From: Vicinamibacteria bacterium
Lineage (GTDB): Bacteria > Acidobacteriota > Vicinamibacteria > Marinacidobacterales > Marinacidobacteraceae
DNA: 64,000 nt
Assembly: GCA_965199715.1 (NCBI GenBank)
Contig: OZ241322.1
Span: forward strand, 1,097,226 to 1,161,225
Direction: 5' to 3'
This document shows, one piece after another, positions 25,799-35,354 of the stretch (position 1 is its first letter; each line of letters opens with the position of its first letter). The translations under genes and the position numbers were made by a program. The notes under the pieces were generated by a model. It had not been told where the DNA came from. It made no database searches and saw only the letters and a program-made list of their open reading frames with translations.

Positions 25799-26958
25799 CA
25801 CAACCGCCTCAGCGCCATCGCGGTCTGGAGTCGCATCGCCTTGCGCGCCGGGAAGACCCCGACGACGACGCCGGTGAGGACCGCGAGGATCACGCCGACG
25901 ACGGCGTCCTGCGGACGCAGGTAGAACGCGGGGAAGAACTGCGCGACCGCGGACGCGAGCGCCTCGCCGGCGCCGATCGCGAGCAGCAGGCCGACCACGC
26001 CGGCGGTCGTCACGAGCACGACCGACTCGAGCAGGACGAGCCGCATCACTTGGTGGCCGCTGAACCCGAGCGCCTTCAGGAGGCCGATCTCGCCGACGCG
26101 CTCGCGGACCGACTGCGCCATGGTGTTGCCGGCGACCAGCAGGATCGTGAAGAAGACCGCTCCGAGGATCGAGGTCACGATGAGGCCGATGTTCCCGATC
26201 TGGTTCGCGAACCCGGCGGCGAACGCGCCTTCGGGCTCCGACTTGGTCTCCGCGGGCGAGTTCTGGAAGAGAGCGTCGATCTCGCCCGCGATCTCGGGCG
26301 CCCGGTCGGGGTCGGCCACCCGGACCATGTACCAGCCGATCTCGCCCCGTCCGAACGAGCGCGCCTCGTCGAACATGTCGTAGCGAAAGATGAACTGGCT
26401 TCGGTCGAAGCCCTCCACCTCGGTGTCGTACACGCCGACGATCTCGAACTCCCACGCCTGGTCCTGCCTGTTCCGCTGCCGCCAGATCGTGGGCTGGATC
26501 GGAATGCGGTCCCCCACTTCCCAGCCGAAGCGCTCGACGAGCCCGCGCCCGACGACGACGCCGTCGCGGGTCTCGGTCCAGCGCTGGCGGGCCGCCTGCG
26601 AGAGATCGATCTCCGGGTACATGTCGAGGTACTCGAGCGGCTTCGCCGGCGACTGCATGAAGAAGTTGGAGGGGTCCTGATAGACGCCGCCGAACCACGT
26701 CATGTGCATGGCGTCCACGACCCCCGGGATTTTCTCGATCTCGGCCTCGTAGGTCTCGGGGAGCATCTGGAACAACGAGACCCGGTGGCGCACCACGAGC
26801 CGCTGCTCGTTCGCGATATCGACCCCGGCGGCGAACGCGGTGCGCAGCATCGAGAGCATCCCGAACATGAAGAACGCCACCAGCACCGACATGAAGGTGA
26901 GCATCGTGCGGGTCTTGCGGCGGCGGAGCGCCGCGCCGATCAGGGGGAGATCTCGCAT
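25798..26958 (-). CDS. ABC transporter permease, FtsX family, copy 1
   Basis: same architecture; start overlaps ATPase gene end. Confidence 0.75.
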   Translation of the reverse strand: MRDLPLIGAALRRRKTRTMLTFMSVLVAFFMFGMLSMLRTAFAAGVDIANEQRLVVRHRVSLFQMLPETYEAEIEKIPGVVDAMHMTWFGGVYQDPSNFFMQSPAKPLEYLDMYPEIDLSQAARQRWTETRDGVVVGRGLVERFGWEVGDRIPIQPTIWRQRNRQDQAWEFEIVGVYDTEVEGFDRSQFIFRYDMFDEARSFGRGEIGWYMVRVADPDRAPEIAGEIDALFQNSPAETKSEPEGAFAAGFANQIGNIGLIVTSILGAVFFTILLVAGNTMAQSVRERVGEIGLLKALGFSGHQVMRLVLLESVVLVTTAGVVGLLLAIGAGEALASAVAQFFPAFYLRPQDAVVGVILAVLTGVVVGVFPARKAMRLQTAMALRRL

Positions 26959-27668
26959 GGCTCATGCTCCTCCGAGCGCAGCCGCCCGTCCTCGAGGTGC
27001 AGCGTCCGCGAGGCCCGCTCGGCGGCCAGCGGATCGTGGGTGACCATCAGGATGGTCTTGCCCTGGTCGCGGTTCAGGATCGCGAGCAGGTCGAGGATCT
27101 CGCCGGTGTTGCGCCGGTCGAGGTCGCCGGTGGGCTCGTCGCAGACCAGGAGGTTGGGGTCGTTCACCAGCGCCCGGGCGATCCCGACTCGCTGCTGCTC
27201 GCCGCCCGACAGTTCGCGGGGATAGTGCTTGCCCCGGTCCGAAAGGCCCACCACGTCGAGCGCGAGGTCCACCCGGCGGCGCCGCTCGCGGGAGGAGAGC
27301 GAGGTCAGCAGCAGGGGCACGGAGACGTTGCCGCGGGCGCTGAGCGCGCCGAGCAGGTTCGCGAACTGGAACACGAACCCGATGTTGCGCGCCCGGAACG
27401 CCGCGAGCCGGCGTTCCGGGAGCGAGTGGATCGGCTGGTCGGCCACGACCACCTCGCCGCTGGTCGGGCGGTCCAGCCCCGCGATGAGGTTGAGGAGGGT
27501 GGACTTGCCGGATCCCGACGGCCCCATCAGCGCGAGGAACTCGCCTTGCGGCATCGCGAGCGTGAGTTCGCGCAGCACCGGCACCTTGCGCTTGCCCTGG
27601 CGGAACGTGCGCGTGACCGATTGGACCCGGACCATCGGCCGGGCTCCATTCTCGGGGTTGTCGGTCAT
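26940..27668 (-). CDS. ABC transporter ATP-binding protein (MacB/LolD-type)
   Basis: Walker A GPSGSGKST, signature LSGGEQQRVGIARAL, Walker B LLVCDEPTGDLD. Confidence 0.85.
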   Translation of the reverse strand: MTDNPENGARPMVRVQSVTRTFRQGKRKVPVLRELTLAMPQGEFLALMGPSGSGKSTLLNLIAGLDRPTSGEVVVADQPIHSLPERRLAAFRARNIGFVFQFANLLGALSARGNVSVPLLLTSLSSRERRRRVDLALDVVGLSDRGKHYPRELSGGEQQRVGIARALVNDPNLLVCDEPTGDLDRRNTGEILDLLAILNRDQGKTILMVTHDPLAAERASRTLHLEDGRLRSEEHEPCEISP

Positions 27669-27680
27669 GTCGTTCCTTTC

Positions 27681-28919
27681 TCAGGAGGAGGTCCGCTCCA
27701 TGACCTCGTCGCCGTCGGCGAGCCCCTCGGGGCCCTCGACGACCACGCGGTCGCCCTCGGCGAGGCCGGAGAGCACGAACACGCTCTCGCCCTGCGCGTC
27801 GCCGATCCGGATGGCGCGCCGCTGGACCCGGCCGTCCCGGACCAGCAGCACGAGATCGCGCCCGGTGTCCGCGAAGACGGCCGCCCGGGGCAGCAACAGC
27901 CCCTCGGGGGCCTCGGATGGGGCCGCCTCGGCCGAGCGGAAGCTCACCTTGACGCCCATGTCGGGGAGGATGCGGTCGTCGAGCTCCTCGAAGCCGATGC
28001 GGACCCGGACGGTGGCGCGATCCCGGTCCGCCGTCGGGATGATCGCGATGACCCGCGCGGGGATCGTCCAGTCGGCGTAGGAGTCGAGGACCGCGTCCAC
28101 CGGCTGCCCGGGAGCGACTCGGTTGATGAACGCCTCGTTGACGTCCACTTCGATCTCCCGCGAGCCCATGTCCACGATGGTGCCGACGCCGGTGCGGGTG
28201 AAGCCGCCGCCGCCCGCGATCGGCGACATCATCTCGCCCGGCTGGGCGTTCTTCGCGGTGATGACCCCGGCGAACGGGGCGCGCACCACGGTGTCGTCGA
28301 TCTGTTGGCGAATCACGTCGATCTGGCGCTCGGCGACTTCGATGTCCTCTTGCTGGCGCGCGACCCGCGCCTCCAGCGTGGCGACCTCGCCGTCCACGCC
28401 GTCGAGGTCGGCCTGCCCGGAGACGCGTTCGGCGACGAGCCGGCGCGTCCGATTCTGACGCAATCGCGCCTCGACGAGCTGCGCCTCGACCTCGGCGACC
28501 ATCTTTCGGGCCGAGGCCGCCCGAGCCCGGGCCAACTGCATGCTGCGGTCGAGGTTGGAGGAATCCAGCCGCGCGAGCGTCTGGCCTTCCTCGACCTCCA
28601 TGCCCTCCTCGATGAGGATCTCGACGATCTGGCCCGCGGCCTTCGAGGACACGGTCGCCCGCCGCCGCGCGGTCACGTAGCCGCTCGCGTTCAGGACGGT
28701 CGTGCCCGCGGACACCGAGGCGGCGCGGACGCGGGCGGTGCGGACCTCCTTGACGTCGGCGTCCGAGGCGAGCAGCGAGAAGGCGGCGACGCCCCCGCCG
28801 AACACCAGCGCGACTCCGACGATGGCCACCCAGATGGCGGCCGCTCGGCTCCCACCGCGTTCCTCCTCGTCGATGCGCAGTTCTCCCAGCCGATCCGCGG
28901 GTCTGGAATCCTTGCTCAC
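27681..28919 (-). CDS. HlyD/MacA-family periplasmic adaptor (membrane fusion protein)
   Basis: N-terminal TM, long coiled-coil, lipoyl/beta-barrel regions typical of MFPs; operon with ABC genes. Confidence 0.8.
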   Translation of the reverse strand: MSKDSRPADRLGELRIDEEERGGSRAAAIWVAIVGVALVFGGGVAAFSLLASDADVKEVRTARVRAASVSAGTTVLNASGYVTARRRATVSSKAAGQIVEILIEEGMEVEEGQTLARLDSSNLDRSMQLARARAASARKMVAEVEAQLVEARLRQNRTRRLVAERVSGQADLDGVDGEVATLEARVARQQEDIEVAERQIDVIRQQIDDTVVRAPFAGVITAKNAQPGEMMSPIAGGGGFTRTGVGTIVDMGSREIEVDVNEAFINRVAPGQPVDAVLDSYADWTIPARVIAIIPTADRDRATVRVRIGFEELDDRILPDMGVKVSFRSAEAAPSEAPEGLLLPRAAVFADTGRDLVLLVRDGRVQRRAIRIGDAQGESVFVLSGLAEGDRVVVEGPEGLADGDEVMERTSS

Positions 28920-29004
28920 GTTGAATTCACGGTACGCCGGAGGACGGGCGAGGTTCCGTTGGCGGGCGGGTCAGTCTATCGCCGGGGGTCGCCCAGCCGT
29001 CCGC

Positions 29005-29235
29005 TCAAGCTGCGAGCCCTCGGGCCTCCGTCGACGCCATTCGCGCGAAATGCGCGAGGTCATTGCGCAGTCGGTGGATCTCCTTGACGTCCTCTCGGTC
29101 CCGTCCGGTCCATTTCAAGGACACCATGGTGGTGTGAAGGTCCGTCACGTCGAGCTCCTCGATCTCCTTTCCTTCGTTCCTGGCGCAGTTCGCGCGGTCG
29201 GCGATGAAGCGTTCGGTCCCGTCGTTGACGACCGG
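29005..29235 (-). pseudogene. HEPN-like (HepT/DUF86-type R-x4-H motif) gene remnant, AT-richer than surroundings
   Basis: frame reads ...ERFIADRANCARNEGKEIEELDVTDLHTTMVSLKWTGRDREDVKEIHRLRNDLAHFARM...* with RNDLAH (Rx4H); local GC ~58% vs ~70%; no credible N-terminal start. Confidence 0.3.
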
Positions 29236-30137
29236 GGCTCCAGCCGGACGGTCTCCCCGAGACCGTTCTCGAAACGGTCGCCCCCGAGCGGGCGCAGCTC
29301 CATGACGGCGGAGCAGTCGTGTATCACGCCGGACCGCCACTTGAGCGGCGACGTTCCGAAAGGTTTGGCCGAGCGCTCGGCGGCGGGGAGGTCGGCCGCC
29401 ATACGGCCGCGCCAGAGGCCGATCGTGGAGGCCGGCGCAGTCGCCTCGAGGCTCTCGAACACGGCGCATTCCCGCGACGCGCCCTCCGGTTCGAGCCTCA
29501 TCAGGAGCAGGCAGGCGTCCACTTCGACCCGGAAGCGCTCCCGGGCGTCGATGAGGTGGTTCGCCGCGTCGCGCACGGCGAACCGCCGCCGCCACGACTC
29601 AAGGAGGACCTTCCGCGCCACCGCCGTCTTGCAGAGGATGGCCAGCCAGCCGTTGCGGCCGTCCGCGCTCTCCAGCAGGCGCACGAGCATCCACCCCGAG
29701 ACGTCGAAGTTGCTCTTTCCGGTCATGGCGTCGAGGCCGTGGAGACGGCCCGCGTTGCTCCTCGGCGGGGAGTTCGTTCCGTCGAGAGCGCCGAGCGCCG
29801 CCGTCGTCACCCATGGGGGGTCGCCGAGGATGACGGTTGGCTCCGGGAGGCGCGCCAGCACGTCGCGCCGGTCGGTCTCGAAGAAGTCCGCTTGGTGGAC
29901 GGCGGCCGTCGGCGCGTCGCGCGCGGCGGTCACGTGCCGGGGGTCCCGGTCGTAGCCGAGTCGCGTCGGGCAGCGGGGGAACGCCGCGGACGCGGCCCGG
30001 AGGAACGAGCCCGCGCCGCAGGTGGGCTCGAGGACCGCTTCGGGCGCGACGCCGACGCGCTTGAGCAACGCGCAGACGCGGCGAGCGAGGGGCGGCGGCG
30101 TCTGGAAGTCGCGGAGCTCGATCCGGCGACGGGTCAC
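29145..30137 (-). CDS. orphan SAM-dependent DNA methyltransferase-like protein (gamma-class, DPPW motif IV)
   Basis: DFQTPPPLARRV (motif X-like), LEPTCGAGSFL (motif I), ILGDPPW (motif IV); GTG start; 3' 90 nt read low-complexity S/T/R and overlap the HEPN-like frame. Confidence 0.55.
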   Translation of the reverse strand: MTRRRIELRDFQTPPPLARRVCALLKRVGVAPEAVLEPTCGAGSFLRAASAAFPRCPTRLGYDRDPRHVTAARDAPTAAVHQADFFETDRRDVLARLPEPTVILGDPPWVTTAALGALDGTNSPPRSNAGRLHGLDAMTGKSNFDVSGWMLVRLLESADGRNGWLAILCKTAVARKVLLESWRRRFAVRDAANHLIDARERFRVEVDACLLLMRLEPEGASRECAVFESLEATAPASTIGLWRGRMAADLPAAERSAKPFGTSPLKWRSGVIHDCSAVMELRPLGGDRFENGLGETVRLEPRSSTTGPNASSPTARTAPGTKERRSRSST

Positions 30138-30826
30138 CGCGGGCGGCGGACCAGGAACGGGGCCGCCACCAGCGCGAACGCCACGAGCCCGACCACCTCC
30201 AGCACCGGCAAGTACCAGGGCCACGGCAGGAAGAAGAATGGGTTCACCGTGCCGGTCGGCGGGGCGCACAGGTACATGTAGTTCGCGTCGAGCGCCAGGT
30301 TGGCGAGCGCCACCGGGACGGCCATCACATGGAGCCAGGCGAACGCCTTCACGAGCGCCCTTCCGGTGGGGCGCATGCCGAGCCCGAAGGTCGCGACGAG
30401 CATGCCGGTGACGATGCCGCCGTGGGCGACGAAGTACTGGAAGAAGCGGTACTGGGGGAAGCCGGCGTCCATGTTGCCGGGGGTGATGAGCGCGATCCCG
30501 GCGCCCGCGACGCCCCAGAACCAGGCGATCTCGTAGGCGCCGCGGCTCCCGCGCACGAGAGTGATCGCGGTCAGGAACACCGCCACGCCGCACAGATGAA
30601 ACGGCAGGTGGTTGCGCAGGAATCCGTCGAGGCCGAGTTGGACGACGCGCACGCTCCACCAGGCGAACTCGTTCAGCAGCAGCGTTCCGGCGAGTCCGTA
30701 GCGGACCGCGTCCCGGACCGGGGCGGGGCCCCGCCGGACCAGCGCGATCAGCGCGACGGCGACGAGGGCGATGACCCCGAGCGCCGCGAGGTGCGGGACT
30801 CCGAAGGTCTGGAACCCGCCGCTCAC
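30134..30826 (-). CDS. conserved integral membrane protein (6 TM, TIGR02206-like)
   Basis: GTG start overlapping GNAT stop (GTGA); multiple hydrophobic segments. Confidence 0.55.
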   Translation of the reverse strand: MSGGFQTFGVPHLAALGVIALVAVALIALVRRGPAPVRDAVRYGLAGTLLLNEFAWWSVRVVQLGLDGFLRNHLPFHLCGVAVFLTAITLVRGSRGAYEIAWFWGVAGAGIALITPGNMDAGFPQYRFFQYFVAHGGIVTGMLVATFGLGMRPTGRALVKAFAWLHVMAVPVALANLALDANYMYLCAPPTGTVNPFFFLPWPWYLPVLEVVGLVAFALVAAPFLVRRPR

Positions 30827-31461
30827 CGCTCGGGCACGTCCGCGCTTCCGGGGAGTTCGAGCAGCGCGCCGTAGCCGGCGCAGACCGGATCGTCCACGTA
30901 GTCCGGGATCAGCCCCTTCGGCCGGAATCCGATGCGAAGTTGGACCGTGATCGTCGGATCGGCGCGTTCGCCGGCGACCAGCTCTTCGTAGTACCGCTTC
31001 GCATCGATGCGCCCGGCGAGCGCGCCGTATCCGGCGAGCAGGCCCACCGTGACCTGCCCCTTGAGGCCGAGCCGCCGGACGAGCCGCTGGCGCGCCGCGT
31101 AGAGCGCCCGCCCGACGCCGCGGCGCCGCCACGCCGGCAGGACTCCGAGATCCGCGCCGTAGAGCCACGCGCCGTCCGAGTCGTGGACCGTCAGCCGGCC
31201 GTCTCCGAAGATCTGCGGGAACGAGTGCCGCCCGCGAGCCAAACTCTCGCCGACGCGCAGCGTCGTGGTCGCGCCGATGACTTCGTCGCCGGCGACGGCG
31301 ACGAGCTGCCCCTCGGGGAACATCCCGATGTGGCTGCGGTAGTGCTCGGCGCAATAGCGCTGGTCGGCGGCGAGCGTCGGAAAGACGACTTCCTGGAGCG
31401 CCGCCAGCGCGTCGGCCTGCTCCGGAGCGGCGCGGACGACCCGGAAGGGCCGGGCGCTCAC
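30823..31461 (-). CDS. GNAT-family N-acetyltransferase
   Basis: acetyl-CoA binding motif A RRRGVGRAL; GTG start overlapping SSF stop. Confidence 0.6.
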   Translation of the reverse strand: MSARPFRVVRAAPEQADALAALQEVVFPTLAADQRYCAEHYRSHIGMFPEGQLVAVAGDEVIGATTTLRVGESLARGRHSFPQIFGDGRLTVHDSDGAWLYGADLGVLPAWRRRGVGRALYAARQRLVRRLGLKGQVTVGLLAGYGALAGRIDAKRYYEELVAGERADPTITVQLRIGFRPKGLIPDYVDDPVCAGYGALLELPGSADVPER

Positions 31462-32936
31462 GCGGGGGGGATGGGCGAGAGCACACCGAGCCGGCCGCGG
31501 GGCGCGACCGGCTTCCCGTCGATGTCCACGATCGGGCGCGGCGGATGGGAGCGCGCGGTGACGAGCGACACGACGACCGTCACGAGGATGGAGACCCCGG
31601 TCGCGACGAGGGCGCCGGGGAAGTTTCCGCCGCTCATCCACGTGATGAGGACGGTCGTCAGCCAGACGCCGACGCCGGCGACGACGCCCGCCACCGCCCC
31701 GGGGCCGTTCGTCCGCTTCCAGTACATCCCGAGCGTGAGCGGGCCGAAGAGCCCGACCATGATGATCGTCCACGACTCGACCATGAGCGCGTACACGCTC
31801 TGGAACACGAGCGCGACGCCGAGCGCCATCCCGCAGAAGAACACGACTCCCATCCGGGCCGCGATGAGGATTTCCCTGGAGTCGAGGTCGGGGGCGAGGT
31901 TCTTCACCACGTTCCGGCCGAAGACGCTCGCCGGGCCGAGGAGGCCGCTGTCGGCGGAGCTCATCAGCGCCGCGAACAGCGCGCCGAGGAAGAGCGCGAA
32001 CCCGAGCGGCGGCAGGTACTGCTGCGCGAGGATCGGGACGATGTGCTCGGGGTTGTCGAGGATCGGGAAGAGGTGCCGTCCGAGGAGGCCGAGGCACACC
32101 GGGATGATCCCGACCCCGACGTACAGCGCGCCGGCGGCGTAGGCGCTCCACTGCGCGACCCATTCGCTCCTCGAGCTCAGCGCCCGCTGCATCAGGTCCT
32201 GCGCGGGAAGGTTGCCGAGGCCGATCACGAGCCAAGCCTGCACGAACAGGCACCACTCGAGGATCCCGCCGGTCGGCGTGAAGCGCGTCTGCATGAACGT
32301 CAGCCGCTCGAGGCTCGGCCCCGCGCCGCCGAGCGCTCCGAACACCTGCGGCAGCAGGATCAGGAGCGCGAGGATGAGCACCGCGCTCTGGAAGACGTCG
32401 GTGATCGTGACGCTCCACATGCCGCCGAGCACCGTGTAGAGCAGCACCGCGCCCGCCGCGACGAGGATCGCCGTCATGGCGTCGAGGTCGGTGAGCGCGG
32501 TGAGGATCGTGCCCACGGCGACGAGCTGGGAGCCCACCCAGCCGATGTAGGCGGGAAAGATGACGAGCGCCGAGAGGATCTCCGCGGCGACGCCGAAGCG
32601 GCTGCGGAAGAAGTCGGAGACCGTGGTCAGCTTCAGCCGGCGCAGGAGGCGCACGTAGAAGGCGCCGGCGAGGAACAGGCAGAGCCCGGCGCCGAAGGGA
32701 TCCGCCACGACCGCCGAGAGTCCGCCCGAGTAGGCGGCGCCCGCCGCGCCGATGAGGGTGCCCCCGCCGAACCACGTGGCGAACAGCGTGAAGGTGCACA
32801 GCACGAACCCGAGCCGCCGCCCGGCCACGACGAAGTCGCTCGCGTCGTTGACGCGGCGCGACGCCCACGCGCCGATGCCGAGCAGGATCGCCAGGTAGAG
32901 GCCGACGATCCCGAGGATCAGCGCGTTTCCGGTCAA
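31458..32936 (-). CDS. sodium:solute symporter family (SSF) transporter
   Basis: 13-14 TM, SSF-type conserved regions, 492 aa. Confidence 0.8.
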   Translation of the reverse strand: MTGNALILGIVGLYLAILLGIGAWASRRVNDASDFVVAGRRLGFVLCTFTLFATWFGGGTLIGAAGAAYSGGLSAVVADPFGAGLCLFLAGAFYVRLLRRLKLTTVSDFFRSRFGVAAEILSALVIFPAYIGWVGSQLVAVGTILTALTDLDAMTAILVAAGAVLLYTVLGGMWSVTITDVFQSAVLILALLILLPQVFGALGGAGPSLERLTFMQTRFTPTGGILEWCLFVQAWLVIGLGNLPAQDLMQRALSSRSEWVAQWSAYAAGALYVGVGIIPVCLGLLGRHLFPILDNPEHIVPILAQQYLPPLGFALFLGALFAALMSSADSGLLGPASVFGRNVVKNLAPDLDSREILIAARMGVVFFCGMALGVALVFQSVYALMVESWTIIMVGLFGPLTLGMYWKRTNGPGAVAGVVAGVGVWLTTVLITWMSGGNFPGALVATGVSILVTVVVSLVTARSHPPRPIVDIDGKPVAPRGRLGVLSPIPPA

Positions 32937-32940
32937 TCCG

Positions 32941-33960
32941 TCAGCCGCCGGTGCGGCTCCGGTACGCCTCGGTCCCGTACACCTCGGGGTTGACGCAGTT
33001 CGGGGCGGGCCGCCGGTTCAGGTGGGCGATCGCGTTCTCGGCGCACATGGTCGCCATGCGGTCGCGGGTGGCCACGCTTCCGCTCGCGATGTGCGGCAGG
33101 ATCACCACCTTGTCCAGCTCGGCGAGGCCGGCCGCCATCGCTGGCTCATGCTCGAACACGTCCAGACCGGCACCGCCGATCTCCCCCTGCTGGATCGCCG
33201 CGACGAGCGCCGCCTCTTCCACCACCGGGCCGCGCGCCGTGTTCACGAGGATCGCCGTGGGCTTCATGAGGGAGAAGGCGCGGGCGTCGAACAGGTGGTG
33301 CGTCGAAGGGTTGAGGTCCGTGTGGATACTGACGAAGTCGCTGCGCCGGAGCAACTCGTCGAACTCGGCGTACTCCACGTCGTCCCGCGCCTCGATGATC
33401 TCCTTCATCGGCGGGTCGAAGGCGACGACGTCCATGTCGAAGCCCTGGGCGCGGCGGTGCATCGCCTGCCCGATCCGCCCGAAGCCGACCACGCCGAGGG
33501 TCTTCCGCCGGCCGTCGCCGCCCGGACTCACGTCGGCGCCGAGCATGAGCGCCGGCCCCCAGATGCGGTACTGGCCGGTGCGCATGTAGCGGTCGGCCTC
33601 GACGACGCGGCGCGCCGTCGCCATGACGAGCGCCCACGCGAGGTCGGCAGTGGAGTCGGTCAGGACGCCCGGGGTGTTGCTGATCGGCACCCCGAGCTCG
33701 GTCGCGGCGGCCACGTCCACGTTGTTGAACCCCACCGCGTAGTTCGCGACGCCAAGCAGCGACGGGATGGAGAGCAGCTCCCGGTCCACCGCCTCGGTGA
33801 GGAGCGAGACGTGGACGTCGGCGGAACGGGCGCCGGCCAGCACCCGGTCCCGGGGCACGGCCTGATCGTCGCCCATCTCGGCGATCTCGACCGCGCCGGC
33901 GGCCTCGAGCATGGAGACTCCGGCGTCGGGGATCTTCCGGGTCACGAAAAAGCGGTTCAT
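32941..33960 (-). CDS. D-isomer-specific 2-hydroxyacid dehydrogenase (glyoxylate/hydroxypyruvate reductase-like)
   Basis: NAD-binding GVVGFGRIGQAM, catalytic region typical of the family; ATGA overlap with aminotransferase. Confidence 0.8.
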   Translation of the reverse strand: MNRFFVTRKIPDAGVSMLEAAGAVEIAEMGDDQAVPRDRVLAGARSADVHVSLLTEAVDRELLSIPSLLGVANYAVGFNNVDVAAATELGVPISNTPGVLTDSTADLAWALVMATARRVVEADRYMRTGQYRIWGPALMLGADVSPGGDGRRKTLGVVGFGRIGQAMHRRAQGFDMDVVAFDPPMKEIIEARDDVEYAEFDELLRRSDFVSIHTDLNPSTHHLFDARAFSLMKPTAILVNTARGPVVEEAALVAAIQQGEIGGAGLDVFEHEPAMAAGLAELDKVVILPHIASGSVATRDRMATMCAENAIAHLNRRPAPNCVNPEVYGTEAYRSRTGG

Positions 33961-35264
33961 GCGGCGACTCCAAGGGCGATCGGATCGTTGAGGAAGCGCT
34001 GGAAGCCTTCCGCGTCGGCGGCGCCGGCGGCGATCCGGGAAATCCCTTCCTTCAGCGAGTCCATGTCCGCGGCGTAGGAAAGGCGCAGGAAGTCCTGTCC
34101 CTCGCTCCCGATCACACCGAAGCTGCGTCGGTCCACGAGCGCGACGCCGTGGAAGTAGAGGAGGAAGCGGGACAGCAGGGTGGAGGGGCTCGTGCGTTTC
34201 CGGACCGACTCGGGCTGGGCGTGGAACCACGCGGTCGCGCCGAGCGCCTCGCAGGCCCCCGAGATGTTCGGGAAGACGTAGAAGGCGCCGAGCGGGTTCG
34301 CGCAGCGGATCCCGGGGATGGCGTTCAGCGCCGGCACGACGTGGTCGCGGCGGCGGCGGAACTCCTCCACCATGCCGCGCACGACCCCGGCAGTGAGGGG
34401 GCTCTCGAGCGCCTCGCGCGCCGCCTCCTGGATGAACGGCGGGGTGCAGCTCACCGTGTTGATGTTGATCTGCTTGAAGCGCACCGCCTCCTCGGCGGTC
34501 GGCAGCACCGTCCAGCCGAGCCGCCAGCCGGTCATCGCGAATCCCTTCGAGTGGCCGCTCGCGATGATCGTGCGCTCGCGCATGCCCGGCATCGACGCCA
34601 TCGACGCGTGCTCGAAGCCGTCGAAGGTGATGTGCTCGTAGATCTCGTCCGAGTAGATGCGGATGTCGGGCCGCGCCCGGCGGCGCACGAGGTCCGCGAC
34701 CTCCTCCAGCAGCTCCCGGGGGAGCACGCCGCCGGTGGGGTTCGACGGCGAGCAGAGCATGAGCACCTTGGTGCGCTCGGTGAGCAGCGCGTCGAGATCC
34801 GCGGCGGTGAACGCGAAGCCGCGCTCCTCCTGGAGCACCAGCGGCTTCGGCGTCCCGCCGAGGTAGGTCACCCACGACTCGTAGATCGGGAAGCCCGGGC
34901 TCGGGTAGATGACCTCGTCGCCGGGGTCCACGTAGGCCATCATCGTGTAGCCGATCGCGGGCTTGGCCCCGGAGAGGACGATGACCTGGTCGGGATCCAC
35001 CGGGATGCCGCGGGTCTCCGAGACGTGCTTCGCGAGCGCGTTCCGCAGCGGCGCGATCCCCGCCGGATCCGTGTAGTGGGTGTCGCCCCGGCGGATCGCG
35101 GCGATCCCGGCCTCGTTGATGTGGGGGGCGCTGTCGAAATCGGGCTCGCCGATCGTGAACGGGATGACGTCGCGGCCCCGGGCGCGGGCGCGGCCCATGT
35201 CCTCCGCGATCTTGAACGCGTTCTCCGTGCCCATGCAGTCGAAGCGCCTGGCGAACAGTGGCAT
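33957..35264 (-). CDS. PLP-dependent aminotransferase class I/II (aspartate aminotransferase-like)
   Basis: fold-type I signature SGHSKGFAMTGWRLGW (Lys in SxxK); 435 aa. Confidence 0.8.
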   Translation of the reverse strand: MPLFARRFDCMGTENAFKIAEDMGRARARGRDVIPFTIGEPDFDSAPHINEAGIAAIRRGDTHYTDPAGIAPLRNALAKHVSETRGIPVDPDQVIVLSGAKPAIGYTMMAYVDPGDEVIYPSPGFPIYESWVTYLGGTPKPLVLQEERGFAFTAADLDALLTERTKVLMLCSPSNPTGGVLPRELLEEVADLVRRRARPDIRIYSDEIYEHITFDGFEHASMASMPGMRERTIIASGHSKGFAMTGWRLGWTVLPTAEEAVRFKQININTVSCTPPFIQEAAREALESPLTAGVVRGMVEEFRRRRDHVVPALNAIPGIRCANPLGAFYVFPNISGACEALGATAWFHAQPESVRKRTSPSTLLSRFLLYFHGVALVDRRSFGVIGSEGQDFLRLSYAADMDSLKEGISRIAAGAADAEGFQRFLNDPIALGVAA

Positions 35265-35354
35265 GCCGGAATCCTTGTCGATCGGGGGAGGAAGGGCGGC
35301 GGCGGGCGCCGGACGGGACGGATGATAAATTGGCCCGCTCATTCGGGTACGGGC

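Noticed and set aside
30823-32868. 681-aa minus ORF and 450-aa ORF 30134..31486
   Set aside because: N-terminal extensions are antisense/alt-frame of neighbouring genes; real genes start at internal GTGs (GNAT 31461, membrane protein 30826)
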